A DNA stretch of 32,000 nt from Bdellovibrionales bacterium (GCA_965247685.1 OZ252021.1:750001-782000); one strand, 5' to 3'. Positions 8,383-16,859 are shown, counted from the stretch's first letter. A program made the numbers and translations. Notes: generated by a model from the sequence alone, not told the origin.

Positions 8383-9210
8383 ATGAGTAAAAATGAAACC
8401 TTAGTTTTATGGTTGAGTGTGGGATTGGCTATTTTTTCCGTCATGTTGATATATAGCTACACTCAAGAAAAATCTGATGAGCTAACAAAGCAGTTTGGAA
8501 CTAAAACCTCAGTGGTTGTTTCAAATCGAGATATTAATGAGATGGAAACCATTGATGAATCTATGATTCAACTGGCCGAAATACCTCTCGATTTTACTCA
8601 GCCTGGTCATGTGACAGATATGGAAGATGCTGTGGGGCTTGTAGCACTCGCTCCTATTCAGGCTGGAGAACAAATATTAAGTAATAAAATTGTAAGACCA
8701 GGTCCGATAACAGGTTTGTCTTTGCAAGTGACTCCTCAAAACAGAGCTTTAACTATTCCTGTGGATGAAATGAGAGGAGTTGCAAAATTGATTAAGCCGG
8801 GAGATCGAGTGGATATTCTTGCGGTCTTACATGTACAAAGCGGAGGATCACCTAAGCATGTCAAAACAGTTTTGCAAGATGTAGTTATTTTAGCAACAGG
8901 TCTGAATATTATGAATGAATTGCCTCGGTTGCACACGAGTTCAGGTTCTAAAGAATTTATTGAAAATATTAGATCCAAAGCTGATTTTTCTACTATTACG
9001 GTTGAAGCAACACCTCAAGAAATTCAGGAGCTCGTGTATATACTGTCCTCCAGCCCCAGTTCTTTATTTATAACTTTGCGCCATCCTACAGACCGATTGA
9101 GAGCAAATGTTCCTTACACAACAAGTTTGGAGCATATTGTAGGTAAAAAACTTTCTCAAGAAGCTAATAAACCCAAAGTTATCACTAGAAGAAAAGTGAA
9201 CTTACAATAA
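8383..9210 (+). CDS. cpaB: Flp pilus assembly protein CpaB/RcpC
   Basis: N-terminal TM anchor, SAF-like segment (VVVSNRDINEMETIDESMI...GEQILSNKIV) and the RcpC region (RALTIPVDEMRGVAKLIKPGDRVDILA). GGAGG RBS before the ATG. Confidence 0.85.
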   Translation: MSKNETLVLWLSVGLAIFSVMLIYSYTQEKSDELTKQFGTKTSVVVSNRDINEMETIDESMIQLAEIPLDFTQPGHVTDMEDAVGLVALAPIQAGEQILSNKIVRPGPITGLSLQVTPQNRALTIPVDEMRGVAKLIKPGDRVDILAVLHVQSGGSPKHVKTVLQDVVILATGLNIMNELPRLHTSSGSKEFIENIRSKADFSTITVEATPQEIQELVYILSSSPSSLFITLRHPTDRLRANVPYTTSLEHIVGKKLSQEANKPKVITRRKVNLQ

Positions 9211-9222
9211 AGGATTTTTCAT

Positions 9223-10671
9223 TTGAGATGTTTTTATTTTATATTTCTTATTTTATGTTTTTCTGCTTCGACTCTCGAAGAATCTATTCCTTTATCTGTA
9301 GGGTTTGATACAGATTTTTCTTTAGATGATGAATGGAAAGGTAAAAAATTGTTATTTGGAGGGACTTATAAAAAGGTAACCGGAATAACGTACGACTCAT
9401 CTAAAAACTCTATCCGTTTTCAGCCGAAAAAAAGAGGTGTAGGTTCTTTGATTGTAAAAGAAGGAAAAAAGATATTAAAGAGATATACCGTCTCTGTACA
9501 AGAAACAGATTTACATCAAGTGGCTCACGAAATTAAATCCCTCCTAGGAGAGATCGATGGCATTGAAATTATTATTATTAACAATAAAGTTGTAGTGGAT
9601 GGAGAGATTTTTATTCCTCGTGATGTTCGGCGGATTTCTAATGTCGTTGGTCAATACGGAAAAAAAGCTGTTTCATTAGTCACTTTGAGTGTTTCTGCTC
9701 AGAATAAAGTAGCTCAGTTTATTGAAAGAGAAATTGGAAACCCTAACATCACTGTAAAAGCAGCTAATGAAACATTTATTCTAAGAGGAACGGTGTCTAA
9801 TCCTAAAGAAAAAGAAGATGCATATATTATTGCGCAACTTTATGTTCCGGATGTAGTTATAGATCCTTCTTTGGGAAAAGCTATTCGAGAGAGAGTGAAA
9901 AAGCAGCCTATTATTAATTTAATAAAAGTGAAACTGCCTCCTAAAAAAGAAGCTAAGCAAAATAAACTGGTGCAATTGATCGTACATTATGTGGAGCTGG
10001 ATAAAGACTACACAGATCAATTTCGTTTTCAGTGGGCTCCAAAGATTGAAGAATCTACAAAGGTGACTTTGGGAAGTCAGATTGGATCTGTTATTACAGG
10101 TACGATTTCGAATTTTTTACCTAAACTGAACTGGGCGAAACAATTTGGCTTTGCTCGTGTTCTCAATAGCTCCAACATTATTGTAGAAAATGGGGAAGAA
10201 GGCTATATCTCTTCAACGACTGAGATTCCTTTTGGCACTTTACAAGGGGCAGATGGTTCTTCCCAGCCCAACACCACTAAAGAGGAGATTAGTTTAGGGA
10301 TTACTCCTACTATCGTAGGTAAAAGGGAAGATGGAGTGCGTTTAACTGTGAACTTTCGAGTGAGATCTTTAGCGGGTACTACTGGTGGACGTCCCATTAT
10401 GAATGAAAGATCAATTAGGACTAAGGTTTATGTTCGCAGTGGCCTGAGTGCTGCTGTTGGAGGCATTATTTCTGATATCGACACTCAAGGATTCAACCGT
10501 GAACCTGCAGGAAGTAATTCCTCAGCAGGTGATCCTATATTTAATTTACTATCCTCAAAGTCATTTCAAAGAAAGAAAAATCAGTTTGTCGTTTTCGTCA
10601 CGCCAGTGATTCGAAGTTCAGCAAGTACAGATGTCGAAAAAATCAAACAAAAATTTAGAATTAAAAGGTAG
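9223..10671 (+). CDS. cpaC: Tad secretin CpaC/RcpA
   Basis: Signal peptide, a BON-like N-domain (FILRGTVSNPKEKEDAYIIAQLY) and a C-terminal secretin domain (RSGLSAAVGGIISD..., PIFNLL...QFVVFVTPVI). TTG start with AAAGGA 7 nt upstream. Confidence 0.85.
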   Translation: MRCFYFIFLILCFSASTLEESIPLSVGFDTDFSLDDEWKGKKLLFGGTYKKVTGITYDSSKNSIRFQPKKRGVGSLIVKEGKKILKRYTVSVQETDLHQVAHEIKSLLGEIDGIEIIIINNKVVVDGEIFIPRDVRRISNVVGQYGKKAVSLVTLSVSAQNKVAQFIEREIGNPNITVKAANETFILRGTVSNPKEKEDAYIIAQLYVPDVVIDPSLGKAIRERVKKQPIINLIKVKLPPKKEAKQNKLVQLIVHYVELDKDYTDQFRFQWAPKIEESTKVTLGSQIGSVITGTISNFLPKLNWAKQFGFARVLNSSNIIVENGEEGYISSTTEIPFGTLQGADGSSQPNTTKEEISLGITPTIVGKREDGVRLTVNFRVRSLAGTTGGRPIMNERSIRTKVYVRSGLSAAVGGIISDIDTQGFNREPAGSNSSAGDPIFNLLSSKSFQRKKNQFVVFVTPVIRSSASTDVEKIKQKFRIKR

Positions 10672-10675
10672 AGTA

Positions 10676-12898
10676 ATGAATCCAAATCATATTATAGGAG
10701 TTATTGGCGGAAAAGGTGGAGTCGGTAAAAGTATTTTTACTGCGAACTTGGCCATGGCTATACAAAAAGAACTTCGCTCTCCAACATTGCTGATAGATTT
10801 AGATAGTAAAAGCTGTGGAGATCAAAATATCATTTTAGGGTTGAAGCCAGTTAAAACTGTATCTCAATTTACTAACTACAAAGGTATTATTTCTCAGAAT
10901 TCACTTCGATCTTTATTTGCACAACATACTTCAGGTTTGTCCTACTTAGGGGCGGTAATGAGTCCGGAACAGATTTTAAAAGGAGATTCTCGTCTTTTTT
11001 CCCAGCAATTAATGAGTTTAAAACAAAACTATAAATATATTTGCGTCGATCTAGGATGTGAAATCAATGATTTACAATTGGAAGTTTTAAATTTGTTGAG
11101 TACTTTGTTTGTCGTTGTGACGCCAGAAATTTTAGTGATTAATCAAACAAGAAGGATTTTGAATGAACTTGTTGCTGCCACATTACCGAGTGAGCTGATC
11201 AATGTTGTTGTCAATAAATACACAAAATCTGCAATTCCATCTTTAACTATTCAAAAAGCTTTAGAGACTCCAATTTTGAATGTTATTCCCAGTGATGACA
11301 GGTTGTCTCTGCATGCTTTGCAAACTTCTCAACCTTTTGTTTTATCTCAACCCCAATCAGCAATATCTCAATCCTATCATAAAATTGTCAGACAGCTTGT
11401 TGGTGGGGTATTACAAAAAAACCAAAATATATCTCGACCTAAAATCAAAAAGAAACCTTTAAATTCCAGCAACAATACACTTCAAAAAGAAGATGAAAAT
11501 TTAGATCCTTTAACTTTGTTAAAATTACAGGTTCATTCTGAACTGGTTCAGGAAATGGATCTGAATAAAGATCTCACAAAAGCCAAAACAAAAGATGCTA
11601 AAGATGAGATTAGAAATCAAGCTGCCCGTATTGTCACTCGACTTGTGGATTCTAAAGCTCAGCACTTATCACGAAAAGAAAGAAGTTTTGTAGTGAAAAG
11701 TGTTTTGGATGAAGCTATAGGGCTTGGAGCTTTAGAAGAACTCTTAGCGGATCAATCTGTGACGGAAATTATGGTGAATGGAGCTTCAAAAATTTACATT
11801 GAAAAAAATGGAAAATTACAACTTTCCCCTGTTGGTTTTACTTCTAATTTACACTTAAAAAATATTATTGAAAGGATTGTAACCCCTTTAGGGCGTCGTA
11901 TTAATGAGAAAGTTCCTTATGTGGATGCACGTTTGACGGACGGGAGTCGAGTTCATGCTATCATAGAGCCTTTAGCTATTGATGGACCTACAGTCACTAT
12001 TAGAAAATTTCCGAGTGAGAGAATTGTGATTGATGATCTCGTTCACAAGTTTGGCTCTCTTACGAAGGGAATGGGTGCATTTTTAAAAATATGTGTGGAG
12101 CAAGGTTTGAATGTGATTATCTCTGGGGGTACTGGATCAGGTAAAACAACATTATTAAATGTACTTTCTGCTTTTATTCCAGAAAGGGATAGAATTATTA
12201 CCGTAGAAGATGCAGCAGAACTTCAGCTTAAACAAAATCATGTGGTTCGTTTAGAAACCAGAAAGTCTAGCGTCGAAGGCACGGGTGAAGTGACTATCAG
12301 AGATCTCATTATTAATTCTTTACGTATGAGACCCGATCGTATTATTGTCGGTGAATGTCGTGATGGCGCAGCTTTAGATATGTTAGCAGCTATGAATACA
12401 GGTCATGAAGGGTCCATGACGACTGTTCATGCCAATAATCCTAGGGAAGCAGTCTCTCGATTGGAAAATTTGTGTTTAATGGCGGGGATGGATTTACCGG
12501 CTAAAGCTATTCGTGAGCAAATAGCCAGCGCCGTCCAATTAATTATTCAAATTAGTCGAATGAGTGATGGCTCTAGAAAAGTCAAAAGTATTACTGAAAT
12601 TTGTGGTGTTCAGGGTGATGTGGTGACATTGCAAGAAATATTTAGATTTAAGGAAACAGGGTTTGATAAAAATAGAAAAATTACTGGACAATTTCAAGCA
12701 ATGGGTCGTGTGCCGACTTTTATTGAGAGATTTGAACGAAGAGGTGTGCATATTCCAAGAGATTTATTTACAACACAGCAATCTATTAGTCCTGCCTCAA
12801 AAAGTCCAAATAAAAATTTAATACGTCCTAAAATATCAGTTCCTCGAGTGATTAAACCTTTTCCAAAAAATAATAAAGATAAGAAGGTGGGAGCATGA
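10676..12898 (+). CDS. cpaF: fused CpaE/TadZ-like ParA/MinD ATPase domain + CpaF/TadA secretion ATPase
   Basis: N-terminal ~260 aa carry the deviant Walker A of the MinD/ParA/CpaE family: IGVIGGKGGVGKS, followed by ...ICVDLG and ...VVVTPE. After a K-rich linker comes a complete CpaF: GLGALEELLADQSVTEIMVNG, Walker A ISGGTGSGKTTLLN, ITVEDAAEL, RMRPDRIIVGECRDGAA and TGHEGSMTTVHAN. It is one uninterrupted ORF. The track start 10631 overlaps cpaC; ATG 10676 lies 5 nt after the cpaC stop. Confidence 0.85.
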   Translation: MNPNHIIGVIGGKGGVGKSIFTANLAMAIQKELRSPTLLIDLDSKSCGDQNIILGLKPVKTVSQFTNYKGIISQNSLRSLFAQHTSGLSYLGAVMSPEQILKGDSRLFSQQLMSLKQNYKYICVDLGCEINDLQLEVLNLLSTLFVVVTPEILVINQTRRILNELVAATLPSELINVVVNKYTKSAIPSLTIQKALETPILNVIPSDDRLSLHALQTSQPFVLSQPQSAISQSYHKIVRQLVGGVLQKNQNISRPKIKKKPLNSSNNTLQKEDENLDPLTLLKLQVHSELVQEMDLNKDLTKAKTKDAKDEIRNQAARIVTRLVDSKAQHLSRKERSFVVKSVLDEAIGLGALEELLADQSVTEIMVNGASKIYIEKNGKLQLSPVGFTSNLHLKNIIERIVTPLGRRINEKVPYVDARLTDGSRVHAIIEPLAIDGPTVTIRKFPSERIVIDDLVHKFGSLTKGMGAFLKICVEQGLNVIISGGTGSGKTTLLNVLSAFIPERDRIITVEDAAELQLKQNHVVRLETRKSSVEGTGEVTIRDLIINSLRMRPDRIIVGECRDGAALDMLAAMNTGHEGSMTTVHANNPREAVSRLENLCLMAGMDLPAKAIREQIASAVQLIIQISRMSDGSRKVKSITEICGVQGDVVTLQEIFRFKETGFDKNRKITGQFQAMGRVPTFIERFERRGVHIPRDLFTTQQSISPASKSPNKNLIRPKISVPRVIKPFPKNNKDKKVGA

Positions 12899-13773
12899 GT
12901 TTTTTTGTTCAAAATGAATGGTTATTATTTACCACAGTTTTTGTGACTGTCCTTATTTTAGGTTATCGATTTTTACCTGGAATTTTAAATTTTATTTATT
13001 TAAAAACATCTTCTTCTCAAAAAGAGGTTCTTCAAATCATAGAAAAAATTGGTATTCAAAAAGATGATAAAAAAACCATCTTTTACATATGGAGTTTAAG
13101 CCTGCTTATGTTTGTTTTGCCTGTTATTGCTACTTTGCCTAATATCCTACTGGGTTTGGGTGTAGGGATTATTTTATTTTTTGTAACATGGACTGGTGTT
13201 CGTATGGTGATGCAGTCTATTTGGAGTCAATATTGCTCCACTTTATCCAACCAATTACTAGAGGGATTGATCATTATGACTAGCAGCTTGAAGGCAGGTT
13301 TAAATGTCACTCAAGCAATGGAAAGAGTGGTGGATAATTTAAAAGGACCTTTATCGAGGGAATTTAATCTAATTTTAAGTAAAGTGAAGCTTGGAATGAA
13401 TCTGAATGATGCCTTGAATGAGTTCATGGATAGAGTGGATGTTCCAGATGTAGTTATTTTCGTTACCTCTGTGAATATTTTAAGAGATACTGGTGGAAAT
13501 TTAGCAGAGACTTTTTCGGTTTTAGCAGAGACTATCCGTTCTAGACAAAAAGTGCAGAGTAAAATCAAAGCCCTAACGGCTCAAGGCATGATGCAGGCAA
13601 AAATCATCAGTGTTATTCCTTTTGTAATATTAGGCATAATGTATTTTGTACAACCTGAGTATACAAACATACTTTTTAGTACGGTTTTAGGCTGGGTTTC
13701 GATCATTTTTATGCTTATTTTAGTCATTATAGGTAGATATATGATGACAAAAATGGCTACAATAGATGTATAG
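12895..13773 (+). CDS. tadB: Tad inner-membrane platform protein (T2SSF family, TadB/TadC-like)
   Basis: T2SSF domain: LKAGLNVTQAMERVVDNLKGPLSREFNLILSKVKLGMNLNDALNEFMDRV...NILRDTGGNLAE, with flanking TM helices. ATGA overlap with the cpaF stop. Confidence 0.85.
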   Translation: MSFFVQNEWLLFTTVFVTVLILGYRFLPGILNFIYLKTSSSQKEVLQIIEKIGIQKDDKKTIFYIWSLSLLMFVLPVIATLPNILLGLGVGIILFFVTWTGVRMVMQSIWSQYCSTLSNQLLEGLIIMTSSLKAGLNVTQAMERVVDNLKGPLSREFNLILSKVKLGMNLNDALNEFMDRVDVPDVVIFVTSVNILRDTGGNLAETFSVLAETIRSRQKVQSKIKALTAQGMMQAKIISVIPFVILGIMYFVQPEYTNILFSTVLGWVSIIFMLILVIIGRYMMTKMATIDV

Positions 13774-13803
13774 GATTAAATTTTAAAGAAAAGGAGTGGG
13801 TGA

Positions 13804-15465
13804 ATGAAATTTGTATTAATGATTCTTGTTTTTCTGACTTATTCAGCATGGTCTCTCGTAGATACGAAAAGTGGGAATTATAAAAAGACTTTTGTAGATT
13901 TTAATCTACAAGGTTCTGCATTTCCTTTAACTTTAGAAAGAACGTACAACTCTAGGTCTTTATATAGAGGGCTGTTTGGTATGGGTTGGTGTTCGAATAT
14001 AGAAACACAATTGAGTGTATTACCTGATAATTCCATCAAGATTGTGGAGTGTGGTGGAGGTCAGGAGATTATCTTTTTACCTCCTAAAGTTTCTCAAAAT
14101 TTAAATTTGCAAGTTTCTAAAATTCTTCAATCAGTGAAAAAAAAGAATAGTGATTTAGATGATAAATATATGAGTCAGTTGAAAAATCAATTAATGAAAA
14201 GCCAAGTCTTAAGAAATGAATTTTTAAGAGCTTATAATGTGAAAGGGCGGCCGAGTGAGCAAAAAATTTATCTAGCAGAAGGGCGAAGTAATGATTTATT
14301 AAAGTACAATAAAAAGGGATGGTTTAGAAGAGTTTTACCTAATGGTATTCAACAGTTTTTCTCTTCTTCTAATGGGAGATTAACGCAAATTTCTGATCTT
14401 TCCGGTAACTATATCAAAATAGTATGGCGAAAAGATCAGGTGCAGTACATGATGGATAATACGGGTCGACGAATAGTTTTTGAAAAAGACAGAGCAGGTC
14501 AAATCAGTAGAGTTAAAGGTGTAGGAAAAGTTTTAGCTTCTTATCTTATAGAAGATAATAATTTAGTTCGAGTGAGGAATCAAAATGGCAGTTACAATTT
14601 TTCTTATGATGAACTTCATAATTTAACACAAATTATTTACCCTGTTCAGGGTAAGAATCGCCCTAAGGAAAGTCTCACTTACGATAAAAAGAAAGATTGG
14701 GTGATGAGTTTTACAAATCAGAAAAAATGTAAAGAGACATATCAGTATAAAACAAATTCTAAAAATCCTAATCATTATTGGACAGATGTGATGAAAAAAT
14801 GTGGTCGACGAGTAACGAATAAAAGTCGCTATGAGTTTTGGAATAAAAAAGGCGCTGGTGGAACTCTTTATTTACATAGAGCTCGTCAGGAGGTAAATGG
14901 GAGTATTCGTGATGTCAGTTATCACTCTACTTTCAAAAGGGTTTCAAGTATTACTCAAAATAATCTTCGTACAAAGTATAATTATTATGAGTCAGGAAGT
15001 AATGTAGGTATGCTGAAGGGAAAATCGAGTAAAACTCAAAAAACTGTTTTTGCGAAGTACAATAATAAGTGTCGCAAACCAACTCGAGTGATTCTTCAGG
15101 CTCTTTCCAAAGGTAAAGTTTCTGAACGGCAAACAATTGATATCCAATATAATGCTAAGTCTTGTTTAATGTACCGAGTTTCTCGATCGGATGGCCGCTG
15201 GGTGAGTTTAGCTCATGATGAGAAGGGGCGTATTCAAAGGATGGAAGATCAATCCGGTAAGGTTATTATGGTAGCTTACAATAATATAGTGAATAAGCCT
15301 AAAAAGATCACTCACAAGGGAGTGGGTTCTATCGAGTTGGTGTATGACTCTAAGGGAGCCTCTCGGCTGAAAAAGGATAATCCTTTAATCATAGGTCAGG
15401 TCTTGTCTGTATTTAATGGATTGATGCAGATTATTTCTCCTGTAGCTCAAGAGTTTAGCGTATAA
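13804..15465 (+). CDS. secreted YD/RHS-repeat protein without recognisable toxin domain
   Basis: Signal peptide, then an RHS-type N-terminal motif (DTKSGNYKKTFVDFNLQGSAFPLTLERTYNSRS...GLFGMGW). Multiple YD-type repeats follow (NGRLTQISDLSGNYI, NTGRRIVFEKDRAGQISRV, NGSYNFSYDELHNLTQIIY, LTYDKKKDWV, HDEKGRIQRMEDQSGKVI, LVYDSKGA). No PxxxxDPxGL core or C-terminal toxin module. AAGGAG RBS. Confidence 0.75.
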   Translation: MKFVLMILVFLTYSAWSLVDTKSGNYKKTFVDFNLQGSAFPLTLERTYNSRSLYRGLFGMGWCSNIETQLSVLPDNSIKIVECGGGQEIIFLPPKVSQNLNLQVSKILQSVKKKNSDLDDKYMSQLKNQLMKSQVLRNEFLRAYNVKGRPSEQKIYLAEGRSNDLLKYNKKGWFRRVLPNGIQQFFSSSNGRLTQISDLSGNYIKIVWRKDQVQYMMDNTGRRIVFEKDRAGQISRVKGVGKVLASYLIEDNNLVRVRNQNGSYNFSYDELHNLTQIIYPVQGKNRPKESLTYDKKKDWVMSFTNQKKCKETYQYKTNSKNPNHYWTDVMKKCGRRVTNKSRYEFWNKKGAGGTLYLHRARQEVNGSIRDVSYHSTFKRVSSITQNNLRTKYNYYESGSNVGMLKGKSSKTQKTVFAKYNNKCRKPTRVILQALSKGKVSERQTIDIQYNAKSCLMYRVSRSDGRWVSLAHDEKGRIQRMEDQSGKVIMVAYNNIVNKPKKITHKGVGSIELVYDSKGASRLKKDNPLIIGQVLSVFNGLMQIISPVAQEFSV

Positions 15466-15476
15466 CGGAGGTTGGT

Positions 15477-15731
15477 ATGTCATTTTCTAAGAAAGTATTT
15501 ATATTAATTGTTATAGGTATTTCCAGTTTAGCTTTTGGTGCTTCAAAAGAAGATGTTCAAACAGAGGCGATAGGTGTGACTCCGCCATGTGAGCATTGTG
15601 GTCCGACTGTCACAGGGGTGCAGCGTAATGATCGTACAAATTGTGATAATCCTCTCTTACCTGAAAGTAAGTGTAGTACTACATCTAAAGAGTCTCTTGA
15701 TGATAAAAAAGATACCAGGGGTATCCGGTAG
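15477..15731 (+). CDS. small secreted Cys-containing protein
   Basis: GGAGG RBS; ATG lies 11 nt after the YD gene stop. Signal peptide MSFSKKVFILIVIGISSLAFG|AS. The mature ~63 aa carry 4 Cys, including CEHC. Confidence 0.5.
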   Translation: MSFSKKVFILIVIGISSLAFGASKEDVQTEAIGVTPPCEHCGPTVTGVQRNDRTNCDNPLLPESKCSTTSKESLDDKKDTRGIR

Positions 15732-15867
15732 AAGATCTGGAGTCCACTTTTTTCGCGTCCTAATTCTTAGAGAAGATTGATGGAGTATAAGGCTATGAAA
15801 AATAGAGAGTGCTAAAGAACCAGAAGAATTTTCTATAATGGGAGTGATATTTTCTTGTTTTTTATAT

Positions 15868-15963
15868 TCATTCTGCCATTCTTTCTGGTAATTGATAGTA
15901 AGACAGCTTTGCAAAAGAAGAAGAGATAAAAAATAAAACCAAAAGTAAAGATAAAAATTTCAT
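15868..15963 (-). pseudogene. truncated duplicate of the 5' end (signal peptide) of the adjacent LRR-like gene
   Basis: Manual translation gives MKFLSLLLVLFFISSSFAKLSYYQLPERMAE*. The first 21 aa are identical to the 16794..16027 gene because both lie in the direct repeat. The next residues are still similar (SYYQLPERM vs SICQLPIGM), then a stop follows. Confidence 0.5.
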
Positions 15964-16029
15964 TTAAAATCCTTGCTTAGAAAAAGGTTGTTAAACCTAG
16001 CCTAACATAACTTAAAAGTGAGTTAACTA
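15902..16029. repeat. direct repeat copy 1 (5'UTR + RBS + signal-peptide module)
   Basis: 128 nt matching 16733-16859. The first ~93 nt are identical; after that there are one 1-nt indel and two substitutions. Confidence 0.9.
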
Positions 16030-16794
16030 GGTTGGATCACGATTAAGGGTTTTGAGAGAGTTGCAAAGCTTAGAAAGAGAACCACTACCTCCAGCACCAA
16101 TCGCTCCATGTTCTCCAAATATTTGGAATTGCCTTTCATAACAACAAGAAGACGGAAACTTATTCACGCCATCTTGATAGCCAATAAACAAAGCATTAAG
16201 CCATTTATTATGATCACATAGATCATCAGGCCAATTTCCATTGACTCCCCAAGCTGGTGCTAAACTTAACACCTGAACCAAAGGAATCTGTTTAAAAAAC
16301 TCAGAATCGGAAATGCCTCTAAATACTTTACTACGTATTTCAAATTCAAGAAGCTGTGGATTCTGGGCGAAAAGCTTGGTCGGTATAGTCTCGATATTGT
16401 CCCCTTCAATTACAACACGTGTTAAGTGCGGAAGCCCATGAAGAAGAGTTTCTGGTATCTGTGATTGATCGGTGCGAATTGTCACTCCCTTTAAGTTAGG
16501 AAAGTGTAAAAGAGTTTTATTTTCCAACTTAAGTGCTATTTTTCCTGACTCACCGTTCATCTCAGAGCTACCATAGAAAATATAGTCCACTCTATGAAGG
16601 TATGGGTCAAAAGCAGAACATCCTTGAGTATTATATTTTTCTAACAATTCATTATATTCTTTTTCTGTAAGTACATTTTCTCTAAGAGACCAATCAATAG
16701 AATCCTGCATCCCTATTGGCAGTTGGCAAATCGACAGCTTTGCAAAAGAAGAAGAGATAAAAAATAAAACCAAAAGTAAAGATAAAAATTTCAT
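16027..16794 (-). CDS. secreted leucine-rich-repeat-like, Cys-containing protein
   Basis: Signal peptide MKFLSLLLVLFFISSSFA. LRR-like units: LLHFPNLKGVTIRTDQSQIPETLLHGLPHLTRVVIEGDNIETIPTKLFAQNPQLLEFEI. C-terminal region has CC and a GAGGSGS stretch. Confidence 0.65.
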   Translation of the reverse strand: MKFLSLLLVLFFISSSFAKLSICQLPIGMQDSIDWSLRENVLTEKEYNELLEKYNTQGCSAFDPYLHRVDYIFYGSSEMNGESGKIALKLENKTLLHFPNLKGVTIRTDQSQIPETLLHGLPHLTRVVIEGDNIETIPTKLFAQNPQLLEFEIRSKVFRGISDSEFFKQIPLVQVLSLAPAWGVNGNWPDDLCDHNKWLNALFIGYQDGVNKFPSSCCYERQFQIFGEHGAIGAGGSGSLSKLCNSLKTLNRDPT

Positions 16795-16859
16795 TTAAAA
16801 TCCTTGCTTAGAAAAAGGTTGTTAACCTAGCCTAACATAATTGAAAAGTGAGTTAACTA
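16733..16859. repeat. direct repeat copy 2 (5'UTR + RBS + signal-peptide module)
   Basis: 127 nt matching 15902-16029. It contains the AAGGA RBS, the ATG (16794) and the first 21 codons of the LRR-like gene. Confidence 0.9.

Noticed and set aside
10631-10675. Upstream start (MSKKSNKNLELKGRV) for the CpaE-CpaF fusion
   Set aside because: It would overlap the secretin gene by 41 nt. ATG 10676, just after the cpaC stop, places the Walker A motif at the usual distance from the N-terminus.
8736-15136. Minus-strand ORFs inside the tad operon (8736..8978, 10203..10397, 12539..12751, 12694..12912, 13311..13568, 14951..15136) and plus-strand 11280..11462
   Set aside because: All are antisense or alternate-frame to genes with clear CpaB, CpaC, CpaF, TadB or YD motifs. 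Typical shadow ORFs.
15589-15780. 63-aa plus-strand ORF overlapping the small secreted-peptide gene
   Set aside because: It is an alternate frame of the 84-aa gene, which has a GGAGG RBS and a signal peptide. This ORF has neither.
15657-15914. 85-aa TTG-initiated ORF (MQSCLTINYQKEW...) downstream of the duplicated signal-peptide module
   Set aside because: It is out of frame with the duplicated ATG and signal peptide, has no RBS of its own, and its distal third is antisense to the better-supported 84-aa secreted-peptide gene. It is best viewed as decayed sequence of the truncated paralogue, not a gene.
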